DNA from: Macrostomum hystrix
Taxonomy: Eukaryota > Animalia > Platyhelminthes
Length of the DNA stretch: 64,000 nucleotides
Direction: 5' to 3'
Assembly: GCA_950097015.1 (NCBI GenBank)
Contig: CATNEN010000001.1
Coordinates: 1,426,001 to 1,490,000 of the forward strand
Of this stretch, positions 11,119 to 24,239 are shown piece after piece; positions within the stretch are counted from its first letter, which is position 1; each line of letters starts with the position of its first letter. Both the position numbers and the translations under genes were made by a program. The notes beneath the pieces were generated by a model, which saw only the letters and a list, made by a program, of their open reading frames with translations, was not told the origin of the DNA and did not search any database.

Positions 11119-13368
11119 ATGATTCACAGTGACTTATTGTTTTATTTATCAGCGGCCATGATTGTATCTGGAATTGCCGCCTTCTTCGTATTGCTCTTTG
11201 TTCCTTCACCATATGGCCGCAATGCGAGCTCTGCTTTTGGCCCACCTGTGCCAGCAAAAATTGCTTGGCTTATTCAAGAAATTCCAGCGTTTTTAATCCC
11301 AGTTTACAATCTAGCTCGTCTCATACTTAGTGATGGAAAAGATTCGGCTCGATTTACCACTTCTGTCCTATTGCTTTCCCCTCTGATAATTCACTACTTC
11401 CAAAGGTATGCCAGTGTTTAAAAATTTAACTTAAAATAATAATTACAAAAGATAAAAAGTGGGACTCTTAAGTGACATAGGTATTCTTTAGTTTCAATTT
11501 TTGTTTGCAGAATAAAAAAATCTGGAATCAGGGAGATAATAGCTAATGAGTTTAATTGTTGAGCTAACTTAAAACTTCATAATTCATTTTTTCCTCATAT
11601 CCATTCACAGGTCTCTGGTATACCCATTTTTAATCAGAGGCGGAAAGCCAATGCCCGCTGTACCATTTCTAATGGCTCTTCTATTTTGCATCTACAATGG
11701 CTATTTACAATCATCCTATATTATTAACTATGGCCAACTCAAGTGGGATTGGATTTGTAAGTAAATAAAAAAATCATTTTGAACTTTAGATATTTTGTTA
11801 TAAGAATCATATATTTAAAATGAATTGTTACAATTAATTTTTTAATATATATCTTAACCACCCCAATTTTATAATTAAAAATGCAGCACTGGTTGGCTAT
11901 GCACTGTTTGGTGCTGGCATGGCAGCAAATATTCATTCTGATCAGATTCTGCGCTCCCTTCGAAAACCAGGCGAGACTGGCTACAAAATCCCCCATGGTG
12001 AGTTTCATCATATTTTATATTAAAAATATGTTTTATAACTACTTATAAAACTTCATATTGATATAAACATTATCTACATAACTATATGATATAAATGTTT
12101 TAAATATCTAACCATCTTAATATTTGTAACCATTGCCCCAGGTGGATTGTTTAACCTGGTGTCTGGAGCAAATTTCTTTGCCGAAATTGTCGAATGGTGC
12201 GGCTTTGCCCTGCTTAATAGGAGCCTGCCTTCTCTGGCTTTTGCCATCTTCACCGCTGCCAACACTGCGCCAAGGGCCTGGCACCACCACCTGTGAGTTG
12301 CCTGTATGTTTCTGTCTGTCTGCCTTCCTGTCTGCCTGTCTGTCCTGTGTGTCTGCCTGTCTGTCCTGTGTGTCTGCCTGTCTGTCCTGTGTGTCTGCCT
12401 GTCTGTCCTGTGTGTCTGCCTGTCTGTCCTGTGTGTCTGTCTGTCTGTCTGTCTGCCTGTCTGTCCTGTGTGTCTGCCTGTCTGTCCTGTGTGCCTGCCT
12501 GTCTTTATGTCTGCCTGTGTGTCTGCCTGTCTGTCTGTCTGCCTGTCTGTCCTGTGTGTCTGCCTGTCTGTCCTGTGTGTCTGCCTGTCTGTCCTGTGTG
12601 TCTGCCTGTCTGTCCTGTGTGTCTGCCTGTCTGTCCTGTGTGTCTGCCTGTCTGTCTGTCTGCCTGTCTGTCCTGTGTGTCTGCCTGTCTGTCCTGTGTG
12701 TCTGCCTGTCTGTCTGTCTGCCTGTCTGTCCTGTGTGTCTGCCTGTCTGTCTGTCTGCCTGTCTGTCCTGTGTGTCTGCCTGTCTGTCTGTCTGTCTGCC
12801 TGTCTGTCCTGTGTGTCTGCCTGTCTGTCCTGTGTGTCTGCCTGTCTGTCCTGTGTGTCTGCCTGTCTGTCCTGTGTGTCTGCCTGTCTGTCCTGTCTGC
12901 CTGTCTGTCCTGTCTGCCTGCCTGCCTGCCTGTCTGTCTGCCTGTCTGTCTACCTGCCTGCCTGTCTGTCTGCCTGCCTTCCTGTCTGTCTGTCTGTCTG
13001 CCTGTCTGTCTTTATGTCTGCCTGTGTGTCTGTCTGCCTGTCTGTCCTGTGTGTCTGCCTGTCTGTCCTGTGTGTCTGCCTGTCTGTCCTGTGTGTCTGC
13101 CTGTCTGTCCTATGTGTCTGCCTGTCTGTCCTGTCTGCCTGCCTGCCCGTCTGTCTGCCTGCCTGTCTGTCTACCTGCCTGCCCGTCTGTCTGCCTGCCT
13201 GTCTGTCTACCTGCCTGCCTGTCTGTCTGCCTGCCTTCCTGTCTGGCTGGCTGTCCGCCTGCCTGTCTGTATTTTCATCACCGCCTCCTAAATTTCAGGT
13301 GGTATCTGAAGAAGTTCGGCAACAAATATCCCAAAAGTCGTCGCGCTATAATTCCTTACTTAATCTGA
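11119..13368 (+). CDS. SRD5A: 3-oxo-5-alpha-steroid 4-dehydrogenase (steroid 5-alpha-reductase type 1/2-like), 5 exons, 254 aa
   Basis: Exons 11119-11405, 11611-11756, 11887-11997, 12142-12292, 13299-13368; all GT-AG, 765 nt total. Motifs [90 protein letters not shown]. Confidence 0.95.
12299..13270. repeat. CTGT/CCTG-based array (21-bp unit GCCTGTCTGTCCTGTGTGTCT) filling SRD5A intron 4
   Basis: Tandem units between donor 12293 and acceptor 13298. Confidence 0.95.
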
Positions 13369-14094
13369 GATTATCGTCCTTTAGCGTGAATTCGCGTCCC
13401 TCTATGCCAAACACTGACAGTTACTGGTTGTTAGCCTTCCTTTGATTATTGAGTATTTCAATTAGCCATATAAAATTTGCTTGGATTTGCAGGTTTTTAA
13501 TTTCATTATTTTTAAGTCAATAAAAATCTCACATTTTTTCGTAGCCTTGTTAAAATGTTCAGAAAACGTTTTTACGTTAAAAAATACAAGCAAAGTTATC
13601 AACCTTCTTTCTATTTATTGGTGCAATAATAATTGGTCTGCGATTTATAATTTAACAGACAGATAATGTCCTGGACTTTATTGAATTCAATATATTTTCT
13701 AGTTCTAAATAGGTTCACAACACGACAAAGAAATAAAATACTGACTATAATCTATTTATACGACTTATATTTCAACACAACTTCGCTGATGAGAATTAAA
13801 AGATCTATCGAGTAAATTTTAACAAAAAAGCTCTACAATCTACTTAAAAAGCTACAGCAAGTAGTATAACCGTGGCAAAATACAAATATAAACATGAATT
13901 GTTTTATCAAGTGCGTTTATAGGTGAAGTTAACTAAATACCATTAGTGAGATAATAAGGTAAATAATATAATACTGCTCTTTTAACTAAAATTATGCGAT
14001 TATACAGGAGAAAAATAAATATAATAGCCTTAAAAAAGTTGATAAAAGGTTCTTTTATCCTTCCGGTCTGTTCTAAAAAAACCATCAGGTGTCT

Positions 14095-14490
14095 TAAAAT
14101 ATCATTCAGGGGTGTTCCTAAATATCCTTCAGGTGTTCCTAAATATCCTTCAGGTGTGTTCCTAGATATCCTTCAGGTGTTCCTAAATATCCTTCAGGTG
14201 TTCCTAAATATCCTTCAGGTGTGTTCATAGATATCCTTCAGGTGTGTTGTCAAAATATCCTTCAGGTGCCTTCATAAATATCCTTCAGGCGTGTTGTCAA
14301 AATATCCTTCAGGCGTGTTCTCAAATATCCTTCACGTGTGTTCTCAAATGTCCTTCATGTGTTGCTAAATGTCCTTGAGGTGTCCTTAAGTATCTTTCAC
14401 GTGTGTTCTCAAAATATCCTTCAGGTGTGTTCTCAAACATCCTTCATGCGTGTTCTCAAACATCCTTTAGGCGTGTTCTCAAATATTCTT
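14095..14490. repeat. 21-24-bp degenerate minisatellite (AAATATCCTTCAGGTGTTCCT) downstream of the PAPSS stop
   Basis: Tandem units read directly. Confidence 0.9.
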
Positions 14491-14603
14491 CCGGTTTGCT
14501 CTCCTGATTCCCATGAAACTATCAGTTGTCCTCGTTAAAATTTCGTCATTTTTAAGAGCGTACTTTTGTCCGATTTAAATATTTTTGAATCGTCCTACTG
14601 CTT

Positions 14604-14640
<37 letters not shown>

Positions 14641-17600
14641 CTGTAGTACTCGGCGAGCACTCGCCATGCCTCCGGAGCCATAAATCCGTCAGGCGGCAGT
14701 TGTCCCTCCCTGGCCAGCGCGCGCATTCTCGTGCCCGATATAAAGTCGAAATCCGACTTCCTGCTGGGATCAAAGAAGGTCATCCGTCCCACAGACCTAT
14801 CGTAGGCGGCCACGCGGAACGGAACAATCTCCAGCTGGCTGAGGCCTGGCGTCATGCTGAGCACAATGGCGCCGTGTCCGGGATTGTACAGGTCGGCCTT
14901 GTCAGCGCTGTCCGGATCGGGTAGGCCAGCCGGGTCCCGGCCGACTATGTAGAAATTCGCTCCGGCGTTCATTCGGGCCTTGGCGTGCCATTGCACCTGC
15001 GGGCCGGCGGTACAAGAGCCTCAGACATCCGCCAAAATTTCTATCTTTTGTCTTGTCTTCATTAGGCTGGTATTCGAACTCCTGACCTCCCAAAGAAATT
15101 TAGTCAATAGGCTACCTCAGTGGGCCCAGCGTAGAGCATTGGAGCAGGGAACACTGCCGTCACTGTGCTCTCAGGATCGAGCACCCCTGCGGTCAGAACC
15201 GCTTCGTGTTGACTAAGACGCACCGGAAGCGGAACATCGTCCGGTTTCGTCCAACCGCCTAGTGGGTGAAGCAGCAGCACCGGATTGCGATAGCCGCGCT
15301 CCTCCAGCAGGCGTCGCCGAGTGTCTGCCATCAGTAGGGCGTGCCCATTGTGTACCGGATTGCGCAGCTGAAAAACGAACACAGCGTCGGCACCCATGGC
15401 GCGAAATTTGGCGCGCAACTGGCGCGGAGTCAGTCGATACTCGTCGAGGCCATCGTGCCATCTAGGAGTAAAAGTCGAAGCTTCGTGTAATTCGTAAGTA
15501 ACTAAAAAATTACTTGATTGTTTTGAAATTTCAGAAAGTATTTGCGTACTAAGAAAGTTCATGCGTACTTAAAAAGTACATGCGTACTTGGAAAGTACAT
15601 GCGTACTTGGAAAGTACATGCATGCTTGGAAAGTACATGCGTACTTTGAAAGTACATGCGTACTTTGAAAGTACATGCGTACTTTGAAAGTACATGCGTA
15701 CTTAGAAAGTGCTTGCGCACTTATAAAGTACTTGCGCAACTAGAAAGTACTTCCACACTTGAAAATTTCAAGCGAGGAAAATTATATATGAAGTTCTGAG
15801 GAAAGCGAAAGGTTTGAGAGCGTGTGAAACTGTTTTTAGGCCTACTTAATCGGCTCCAGCAGTTTCAATTCACCGCCAATCAGCCAATCTCCGCTAGCCA
15901 GAATGCGCGCCACACTCGGATGTCCAGCCGACACCGTGCCGAAAGTGCGCGCGCAACGTTCACGTTTCTGGTGCGCGAACACCTCCGGCGAGCGCAGCAG
16001 ACCGACCAGGACGCTGCCGCCGTCGCCGACGCGTCGACGCAGAGCGACAGCCGAATGACCGACGCAAGCGTCTCTATCGGCCTCGCCGATAGCCAGCACA
16101 ATCGGCACACTCTGGCTATGCCAGGTGGAACTCCTGCCAACCTGTATTGAGCCGAAGTGCAAGCATTGAAGGTACTGCCGCTCAGTCATGAAGCCTGTCA
16201 GAGGGTGCGCCCAGCCTTCGGACAGAACCTGCGTTTGATTTGTGTTTGAGAGGCTGGTAGAAACCGTCTGACATTATGGAACAATTGGTTAAGAAACGGA
16301 GGGCTTGGGAACTGAGGGTTAGGGAACTGAGGGCTTGGGAACTGAGGGTTAGGGAACTGAGGGCTTGGGAACTGAGGGTTTGGGAACTGAGGGCTTGGGT
16401 ACTGAGGGCTTAGGAACTGAGGGCTTAGGAACTGAGGGTTAGGGAACTGAGGGTTTGGGAACTGAGGGTTAGGGAACTGAGGGCTTGGGAAATGAGCACA
16501 CAGTTTTTAAGGGGCTTAGGAAATGAGGGTTAGAGAACTAAGCGTTAGGGAACTGAGGGTTAAGCAGCTGATAGCACAGGGGGTTAAGCAGCTGATAGCA
16601 CAGTGGGTTAAGCAGCTGATAGCACAGGGGGTTAAGCAGCTGATAGCACAGGGGGTTAAGCAGCTGATAGCACAGTGGGTTAAGCAGCTGATAGCACAGT
16701 GGGTTAAGCAGCTGATAGCACAGGGGGTTAAGCAGCTGATAGCACAGGGGGTTAAGCAGCTGATAGCACAGGGGGTTAAGCAGCTGATAGCACAGGGGGT
16801 TAAGCAGCTGATAGCACAGTGGGTTAAGCAGCTGATAGCACAGGGGGTTAAGCAGCTGATAGCACAGGGGGTTAAGCAGCTGATAGCACAGGGGGTTAAG
16901 CAGCTGATAGCACAGTGGGTTAAGCAGCTGATAGCATGGTGGGTTAAGCAGCTGATAGCACAGGGGGTTAAGCAGCTGATAGCACAGTGGGTTAAGCAGC
17001 TGATAGCACAGGGGGTTAAGCAGCTGATAGCACAGTGGGTTAAGCAGCTGATAGCACAGGGGGTTAAGCAGCTGATAGCACAGGGGGTTAAGCAGCTGAT
17101 AGCACAGGGGGTTAAGCAGCTGATAGCACAGTGGGTTAAGCAGCTGATAGCACAGGGGGTTAAGCAGCTGATAGCACAGGGGGTTAAGCAGCTGATAGCA
17201 CAGTGGGTTAAGCAGCTGATAGCACAGGGGGTTAAGCAGCTGATAGCACAGTGGGTTAAGCAGCTGATAGCACAGTGGGTTAAGCAGCTGATAGCACAGG
17301 GGGTTAAGCAGCTGATAGCACAGTGGGTTAAGCTGCAAACCTGAGCCCACTGCAAATCGATCTCATCCAGGTGCAGGTTCGGCAGGTCGTCAGCCTCGGC
17401 CACCATCGCCTCCCGCTCAGCTTCGTCCTGAGCAATCAGCTCCCGAATGCCTCCTCCGTCGGCTGGAGCTTCAGCGCTGCCGCCCGCCACACCAGCCGGG
17501 AGCAGGCCTTCCCGGTCGAGGAGGTCGACCACAGCCAGGACGCTCTGTTGAACTCCGCAGGCGGCAGTTCGCACAGTCAGCTCCGGGCTCATCGGCGGTT

Positions 17601-18513
17601 CGTAGGCGCTGTCGATGCCTGTGAAGCCTTTGATCAGGCCTTCGCGAGCCTTCCTGTAGAGGCCTTTGACGTCGCGACCTTCGCAGATTTCCAATGGAGC
17701 GTCGACGAATACCTAGTTGAGGATCGGGTAATTATTCGAGTAAAAATAACCCCGATATGCTGTTAGTAAGAAAAACCCGGAAAAAGCCAATAAACACACC
17801 CTCCCAAACCCGATAAACACACCCTCCCAAATCCGATAAACACACCCTCCCTAACCCGATAAACACACCCTCCAAAACCCGATAAACACACCCTCCCAAA
17901 CCCAATAAACACACCCTCCCAAACCCAATAAACACACCCTCCCAAACCCAATAAACACACCCTCCCAAACCCGATAAACACACCCTCCCAAACCCAATAA
18001 ACACACCCTCTCAAACCCAAAAAGCACACCTAATCCCCGATAAACACACCAAAATCTGATAAACACACCGGAAACCCGATAAACACACCGGAAACCCGAT
18101 AAACACACCGCTTCGCTAACCTCGAAGAACTTCAATCCAGCCTCCTCGTGCAGTCGCCTGGCCTTGTCGCGGTCCTGCCTGAACGGACTAATGAAGGCGG
18201 TGATGCATACGATGCCGCCGTCGGCGAACAGCTTGGCGACCTCGCTGATTCGTCGGATGTTCTCCTCTCGATCGGCGGGCGAGAATCCCAGGTTCTTGTT
18301 CAAACCGGTGCGAATGTTGTCACCGTCCAGAGAGTAAGCTGGCACCCCTGCTGAGACCAAGTACTCCTCCAGGCCGAAGGCGATGGTGGTCTTGCCGGCG
18401 CCGGAGAAGCCAGTCAGCCAGACGGTGCAGCCGCGGAAGCCGCCGCCGCCAGTCACTTTAGCTCGCCTGTCCCGGGTGACGTAATGCTCCTGCAGGAACA
18501 CGTTGCTGGCCAT
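14604..18513 (-). CDS. PAPSS: Bifunctional PAPS synthase (APS kinase + ATP sulfurylase), 5 exons, 628 aa
   Basis: Exons (minus) 18513-18121, 17712-17341, 16228-15846, 15461-15116, 14996-14604; 1887 nt total. P-loop [56 protein letters not shown] (HxxH), [33 protein letters not shown]. Confidence 0.97.
15553..15762. repeat. 19-bp quasi-palindromic minisatellite (GAAAGTACATGCGTACTTG) in PAPSS intron 3
   Basis: About 10 units, each containing the inverted repeat AAGTAC-ATGC-GTACTT. Confidence 0.9.
16299..16560. repeat. 15-bp G-rich minisatellite (GGGAACTGAGGGTTA / GGGAACTGAGGGCTT) in PAPSS intron 2
   Basis: Tandem units read directly. Confidence 0.9.
16557..17332. repeat. 24-bp minisatellite (GGGTTAAGCAGCTGATAGCACAG[G/T]), about 32 copies, PAPSS intron 2
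   Basis: Near-perfect tandem units with one binary G/T variant position. Confidence 0.97.
17785..18110. repeat. 23-bp minisatellite (CCCGATAAACACACCCTCCCAAA) in PAPSS intron 1
   Basis: Tandem units read directly. Confidence 0.93.
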
Positions 18514-18594
18514 TGTGGGGCCTTTTCGGTGGGATCAAAGTGGGAAGAGATTAGCCGGATTAAAGTACTCCCAGATCATTAGAGTTCTAATTGA

Positions 18595-19156
18595 TCTATT
18601 CCATTCTATTCCATTCTCTTCTATTCTATTCCATTCTATTCTATTCTATTCTATTCTATTCTATTCTATTCTATTCTATTCTATTCTATTCTATCCCATT
18701 CTATAATATTCTATTATATTATATTCTATACTATTCTATTCTATTATATTCTATTCTATTCTATTCTATTATATTCTATTCTATTCTATTCCATTCTATT
18801 CTATTCTATTCTATTCTATTTTATTCTATTCTATTCTATTCTATTCTATTCTATCCTATTCTATTCTGTTCTGTTCTATTCTATTCTATTCTATTCTATT
18901 CTATTCTATTCTATTCTATTCTATTCTATTCTATTCTATTCTATAATATCCTATTCTATTCCATTCTATTCTATTCTATTCTATTCTATCCTATTCTATC
19001 CTATTCTATTCTATTATAATATATTCTATTTTATTCTATTCTATTCTATTTTATTCTCTTCTATTCTATTCTATACTATTCTATTCTATTCTATTCTATT
19101 CTATTATATTCTATTCTATTCTATTCTATTCTATTATATTCCATTCTATTCTATTC
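18595..19156. repeat. (TTCTA)n pentanucleotide microsatellite
   Basis: Read directly; starts about 80 bp upstream of the PAPSS ATG. Confidence 0.97.
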
Positions 19157-19971
19157 GATTTAGAATTCTACTTCCACATCATTCTACTCCAGTGTAACTC
19201 CAAGATTCATATGTTTGAGCAGCAATTTATTACTTACAAAATCAATTTTTCTGAAGTCCTATTGTTTCAATGAGAAGCAACTGTTGATAATAAGAAATAG
19301 TTCTGTGCGGATTTATTCTGTAAATTGCTACGACAACTGTCTTGCTAAGCCGCAGAAAGTCTTATTTATATTTTTTCCCAGTGAGGTTGGCACTCGATTT
19401 GAGATTGGGTAGATGATGAAGCAAGGAATGAAGTTTCTGAGAAGTCTCCCAATGGGGTTGAGGCGGAGGTCGGTAACTGTGGGGGGGGCGAAAATCTCAT
19501 CAAATGGGATTTCGCTGAGAGAAAAGCAGACTTTAATAACACGCTTCCTGCTTAAATCAAGTTGAAAGTCTGGAAGAAACCAGAAAGACAAGAAAAGTTC
19601 TCACTTGCTCTAAGACATGGTCGGAAAATCATGGAATCAATAATCAATACACTAATGGACATCAAGCCAAGACTGTCCCACTAAAAATAGATTTGACAAG
19701 GTGAGAGGATTAAAGTCCCACTGGTGAACACGCCGGTCATAAATCTATATGTTCTGTGCCTATCGGTCGAACACAACGAAAAGAAACTAATTCTCATTTC
19801 GAATTCCTTATTTCAGTCCAGAATCAGTGATTTTTATTGGGGTCAAGTCTGTCATCCTCCTTCTTGGGCTATTTCTTCGACATGATGGGAAAAGTGTTTT
19901 TGTGGATTAACAGAGGAGAATTGAATGATAGGATTGGAACTGTAGAGATGGGGAGTGATATTAGGGTGACA

Positions 19972-22458
19972 TTAGAGTGATTAGAGTGAGAGTAGAGTGA
20001 TCAGAGTGAGAGTAGAGTGATCAGAGTGCGAGTAGAGTGATCAGAGTGAGAGTAGAGTGATCAGAGTGAGAGTAGAGTGATCAGAGTGAGAGTAGAGTGA
20101 TCAGAGTGAGAGTAGAGTGATCAGAGTGAGAGTAGAGTGATCAGAGTGAGAGTAGAATGATCAGAGTGAGAGTAGAATGATTAGAGTAGAAGTAGAGTGA
20201 TCAGAGTGAGAGTAGAGTGATCAGAGTGAGGATAGAGTGATCAGAGTGATAGTAGAGTGATTAGCGTGAGAGTAGAGTGATCAGAGTGAGAGTAGAGTGA
20301 TCAGAGTGCGAGTAGAGTGATCAGAGTGAGAGTAGAGTGATCAGAGTGAGAGTAGAGTGATCAGAGTGAGAGTAGAGTGATCAGAGTGAGAGTAGAATTA
20401 TCAGAGTGAGAGTAGAATGATTAGAGTAGAAGTAGAGTGATCAGAGTGAGAGTAGAATGATCAGAGTAAAAGTAGAATGATTAGAGTAGAAGTAGAGTGA
20501 TCAGAGTGAGAGTAGAGTGATTAGAGTAGAAGTAGAATGATCAGAGTGAGAGTACAGTGATCAGAGTGAGAGTAGAATGTTTAGAGTGAGAGTAGAATGA
20601 TTAGAGTAGAAGTAGAGTGATCAGAGTGAGAGTAGAATGATTAGAGTAGAAGAAGGGTGATCAGAGTGAGAGTAGAGTGATCAGAGTGAGAGTAGAGTGA
20701 TCAGAGTGCGAGTAGAGTGATCAGAGTGAGAGTAGAGTGATCAGAGTGAGAGTAGAGTGATCGGAGTGAGAGTAGAGTGATCAGAGTGAGAGTAGAATGA
20801 TCAGAGTGAGAGTAGAGTGATCAGAGTGAGAGTAGAATGATCAGTGTGAGAGTAGAGTGATCAGAGTAAGAGTAGAGTGATCAGAGTGAGAGTAGAGTGA
20901 CCAGAGTGAGAGTAGAATGATCAGAGTGAGAGTAGAATGATTAGAGTAGAAGTAGAGTGATCAGAGTGAGAGTAGAGTGATCAGAGTGAGAGTAGAGTGA
21001 TCAGAGTGAGAGTAGAATGATCAGAGTGAGAGTACAGTGATCAGAGTGAGAGTAGAGTGATCAGAGTGCGAGTAGAGTGATCAGAGTGAGAGTAGAGTGA
21101 TCAGAGTGAGAGTAGAGTGATCAGAGTGAGAGTATAATGATCAGTGTGAGAGTAGAGTGATCAGAGTGAGTAGAGTGATCAGAGTGAGAGTAGAGTGACC
21201 AGAGTGAGAGTAGAATGATCAGAGTGAGAGTAGAGTGACCAGAGTGAGAGTAGAATGATCAGAGTGAGAGTAGAATGATTAGAGTAGAAGTAGAGTGATC
21301 AGAGTGAGAGTAGAGTGATCAGAGTGAGAGTAGAATGATTAGAGTAGAAGTAGAGTGATCAGAGTGAGAGTAGAGTGATCAGAGTGAGAGTAGAGTGATC
21401 AGAGTGAGAGTAGAGTGATCAGAGTGAGAGTAGAGTGATCAGAGTGAGAGTAGAATGATCAGAGTGAGAGTAGAATGATTAGAGTAGAAGTAGAGTGATC
21501 AGAGTGAGAGTAGAGTGATCAGAGTGAGAGTAGAGTGATTAGAGTAGAAGTAGAGTGATCAGAGTGAGAGTAGAGTGATCAGAGTGAGAGTAGAATGATC
21601 AGAGTGAGAGTAGAATGATTAGAGTAGAAGTAGAGTGATCAGAGTGAGAGTAGAGTGATCAGAGTGAGAGTAGAGTGATCAGAGTGAGAGTAGAGTGACC
21701 AGAGTGAGAGTAGAATGATCAGAGTGAGAGTAGAGTGACCAGAGTGAGAGTAGAATGATCAGAGTGAGAGTAGAATGATTAGAGTAGAAGTAGAGTGATC
21801 AGAGTGAGAGTAGAGTGATCAGAGTGAGAGTAGAATGTTTAGAGTGAGAGTAGAATGATTAGAGTAGAAGTAGAGTGATCAGAGTGAGAGTAGAATGATT
21901 AGAGTAGAAGTAGAGTGATCAGAGTGAGAGTAGAATGATTAGAGTAGAAGTAGAGTGATCAGAGTGAGAGTAGAGTGATCAGAGTGAGAGTAGAGTGATC
22001 AGAGTGCGAGTAGAGTGATCAGAGTGAGAGTAGAGTGATCAGAGTGAGAGTTGAGTGATCGGAGTGAGAGTAGAGTGATCAGAGTGAGAGTAGAGTGATC
22101 AGAGTGAGAGTAGAGTGATCAGAGTGAGAGTAGAATGATCAGTGTGAGAGTAGAGTGATCAGAGTGAGAGTAGAGTGATCAGAGTGAGAGTAGAGTGACC
22201 AGAGTGAGAGTAGAATGATCAGAGTGAGAGTAGAGTGATCAGATTGAGAGTAGAATGATCAGTGTGAGAGTAGAGTGATCAGAGTGAGAGTAGAGTGATC
22301 AGAGTGAGAGTAGAGTGACCAGAGTGAGAGTAGAATGATCAGAGTGAGAGTAGAATGATTAGAGTAGAAGTAGAGTGATCAGAGTGAGAGTAGAGTGATC
22401 AGAGTGAGAGTAGAATGATTAGAGTAGAAGTAGAGTGATCAGAGTGAGAGTAGAATGA
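19972..22458. repeat. 20-bp minisatellite (GATCAGAGTGAGAGTAGAGT), about 124 copies
   Basis: Tandem units with a recurrent GATTAGAGTAGAAGTAGA variant. Confidence 0.97.
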
Positions 22459-23034
22459 CGAGCGTATGTGTAAACTGCACTTTAATCACAGATAGAACTG
22501 GATTAGGGTTCAATTTCAGACATTTCGAGCAGTTTGAGCACGGCTGGAAATGACATGTTGTTTTGTCAGTTAGAGCGGCTGCTGAAGACTATCATGCGGC
22601 TCGCACAAATTTCACTGGTTGGCAGTTGAGCCAAGATTATAGATTGGTGTTTTCATTCTCGATAGCACTTTAATTTGTCTTGCTCAAGCCTCAAGGCACC
22701 CCCCTGGACTCATCGTATAGCATTTTCTAAGCTGTCTATCGTTGTTCAATTCCTCTGTTGGTTTTTACATTTTCATGCAAATTTTTGTGTTGTTTTATTA
22801 ACACGCGCTTCGACTAAAAAAGAATGGGTCCTTAATCAAGTGCAGCTGGCAGAAAATTGCTTGCTCAAACTGTTTCTGGGACAGGATTAGGCCAACCAAT
22901 AGATAATGGAGTCTTGCCATGTTTGCCTAGCTATCTTTGCGTTTACATTTCTTAGAGTAGGAGAGTAACAGATAGATGCTCGGCTGTGGCATCTGCATGG
23001 GATTTGCTAAATATTGAGACTGATAGAAAGATAG

Positions 23035-23602
23035 AGAGGGAGACAGGGAGAGGGAGACAGGGAGAGGGAGACAGGGAGAGGGAGACAGGGAGAGGGAGAC
23101 AGGGAGAGGGAGACAGGGAGAGGGAGACAGGGAGAGGGAGACAGGGAGAGGGAGACAGGGAGAGGGAGACAGGGAGAGGGAGACAGGGAGAGGGAGACAG
23201 GGAGAGGGAGACAGGGAGAGGGAGACAGGGAGAGTGAGACAGGGAGAGTGAGACAGGGAGAGGGAGACAGGGAGAGGGAGACAGGGAGAGGGAGACAGGG
23301 AGAGGGAGACAGGGAGAGGGAGACAGGGAGAGGGAGACAGGGAGAGGGAGACAGGGAGAGGGAGACAGGAAGAGGGAGACAGGGAGAGGGAGACAGGGAG
23401 AGGGAGACAGGGAGAGGGAGACAGGGAGAGGGAGACAGGGAGAGGGAGACAGGGAGAGGGAGACAGGGAGAGGGAGACAGGGAGAGGGAGACAGGGAGAG
23501 GGAGACAGGGAGAGGGAGACAGGGAGAGGGAGACAGGGAGAGGGAGACAGGGAGAGGGAGACAGGGAGAGGGAGACAGGGAGAGGGAGACAGGGAGAGTG
23601 AG
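23035..23602. repeat. 14-bp minisatellite (GGGAGAGGGAGACA), about 40 copies
   Basis: Near-perfect tandem units; dense GGG runs give G-quadruplex potential. Confidence 0.97.
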
Positions 23603-24239
23603 ACTGTGAGTTGGAGACAGGGAGAGGTTTACAACAAATTAAAAAGTTATTTTTGGGACAGCACATAAAAGAGATAAGCATCTATCTCTCAAGGAAGTTA
23701 ATTATTATCAATCAAGTCCAGCTCATCTTTGTTAAAACCCTGGCAAATCGATTTCATATTTCTTCATTTGCTGTACAACTTTAGATCATGGGTCATAGGG
23801 TCACTGCTTCCGTGCAATGCGGTAAAAGGGTCAAAATGGATGTCATAAATCACTAAATAATATGTTAATTGATAGTGACTTAGACACAGGTAATGACGAT
23901 TGGGATAATTTGATTTTCGCAATCAGATCCCATTTCCTGACAGGACATTCCTTAGGAAAACTTTCTGATTTCTCATTTTTCAGATCCAAAGCAAATTAAT
24001 CCGTTTCTTTCTGGCTTGTCTATCGCTTTCCCGATAAATCATCAAGCTTATGTCTTATTGTCTGAAAAATTATTTTTGCTTTACTGAACACATTTGGATT
24101 CATTGAAGTAAACTAATTTTTTCCGGTCGTCAACTTGTTGGAATTTTTCCAGAATTTGGAATTTGTTTTTGCCCATATTTCACGGATAGATAAAGATAAT
24201 ATTATAAAAGCCAATTCACAGAAGGTAGATGGGAGCATG

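Noticed and set aside
16299-16560. Interstitial telomere (GGGTTAGGG)
   Set aside because: TTAGGG occurs only singly inside some 15-bp units and never as tandem hexamers.
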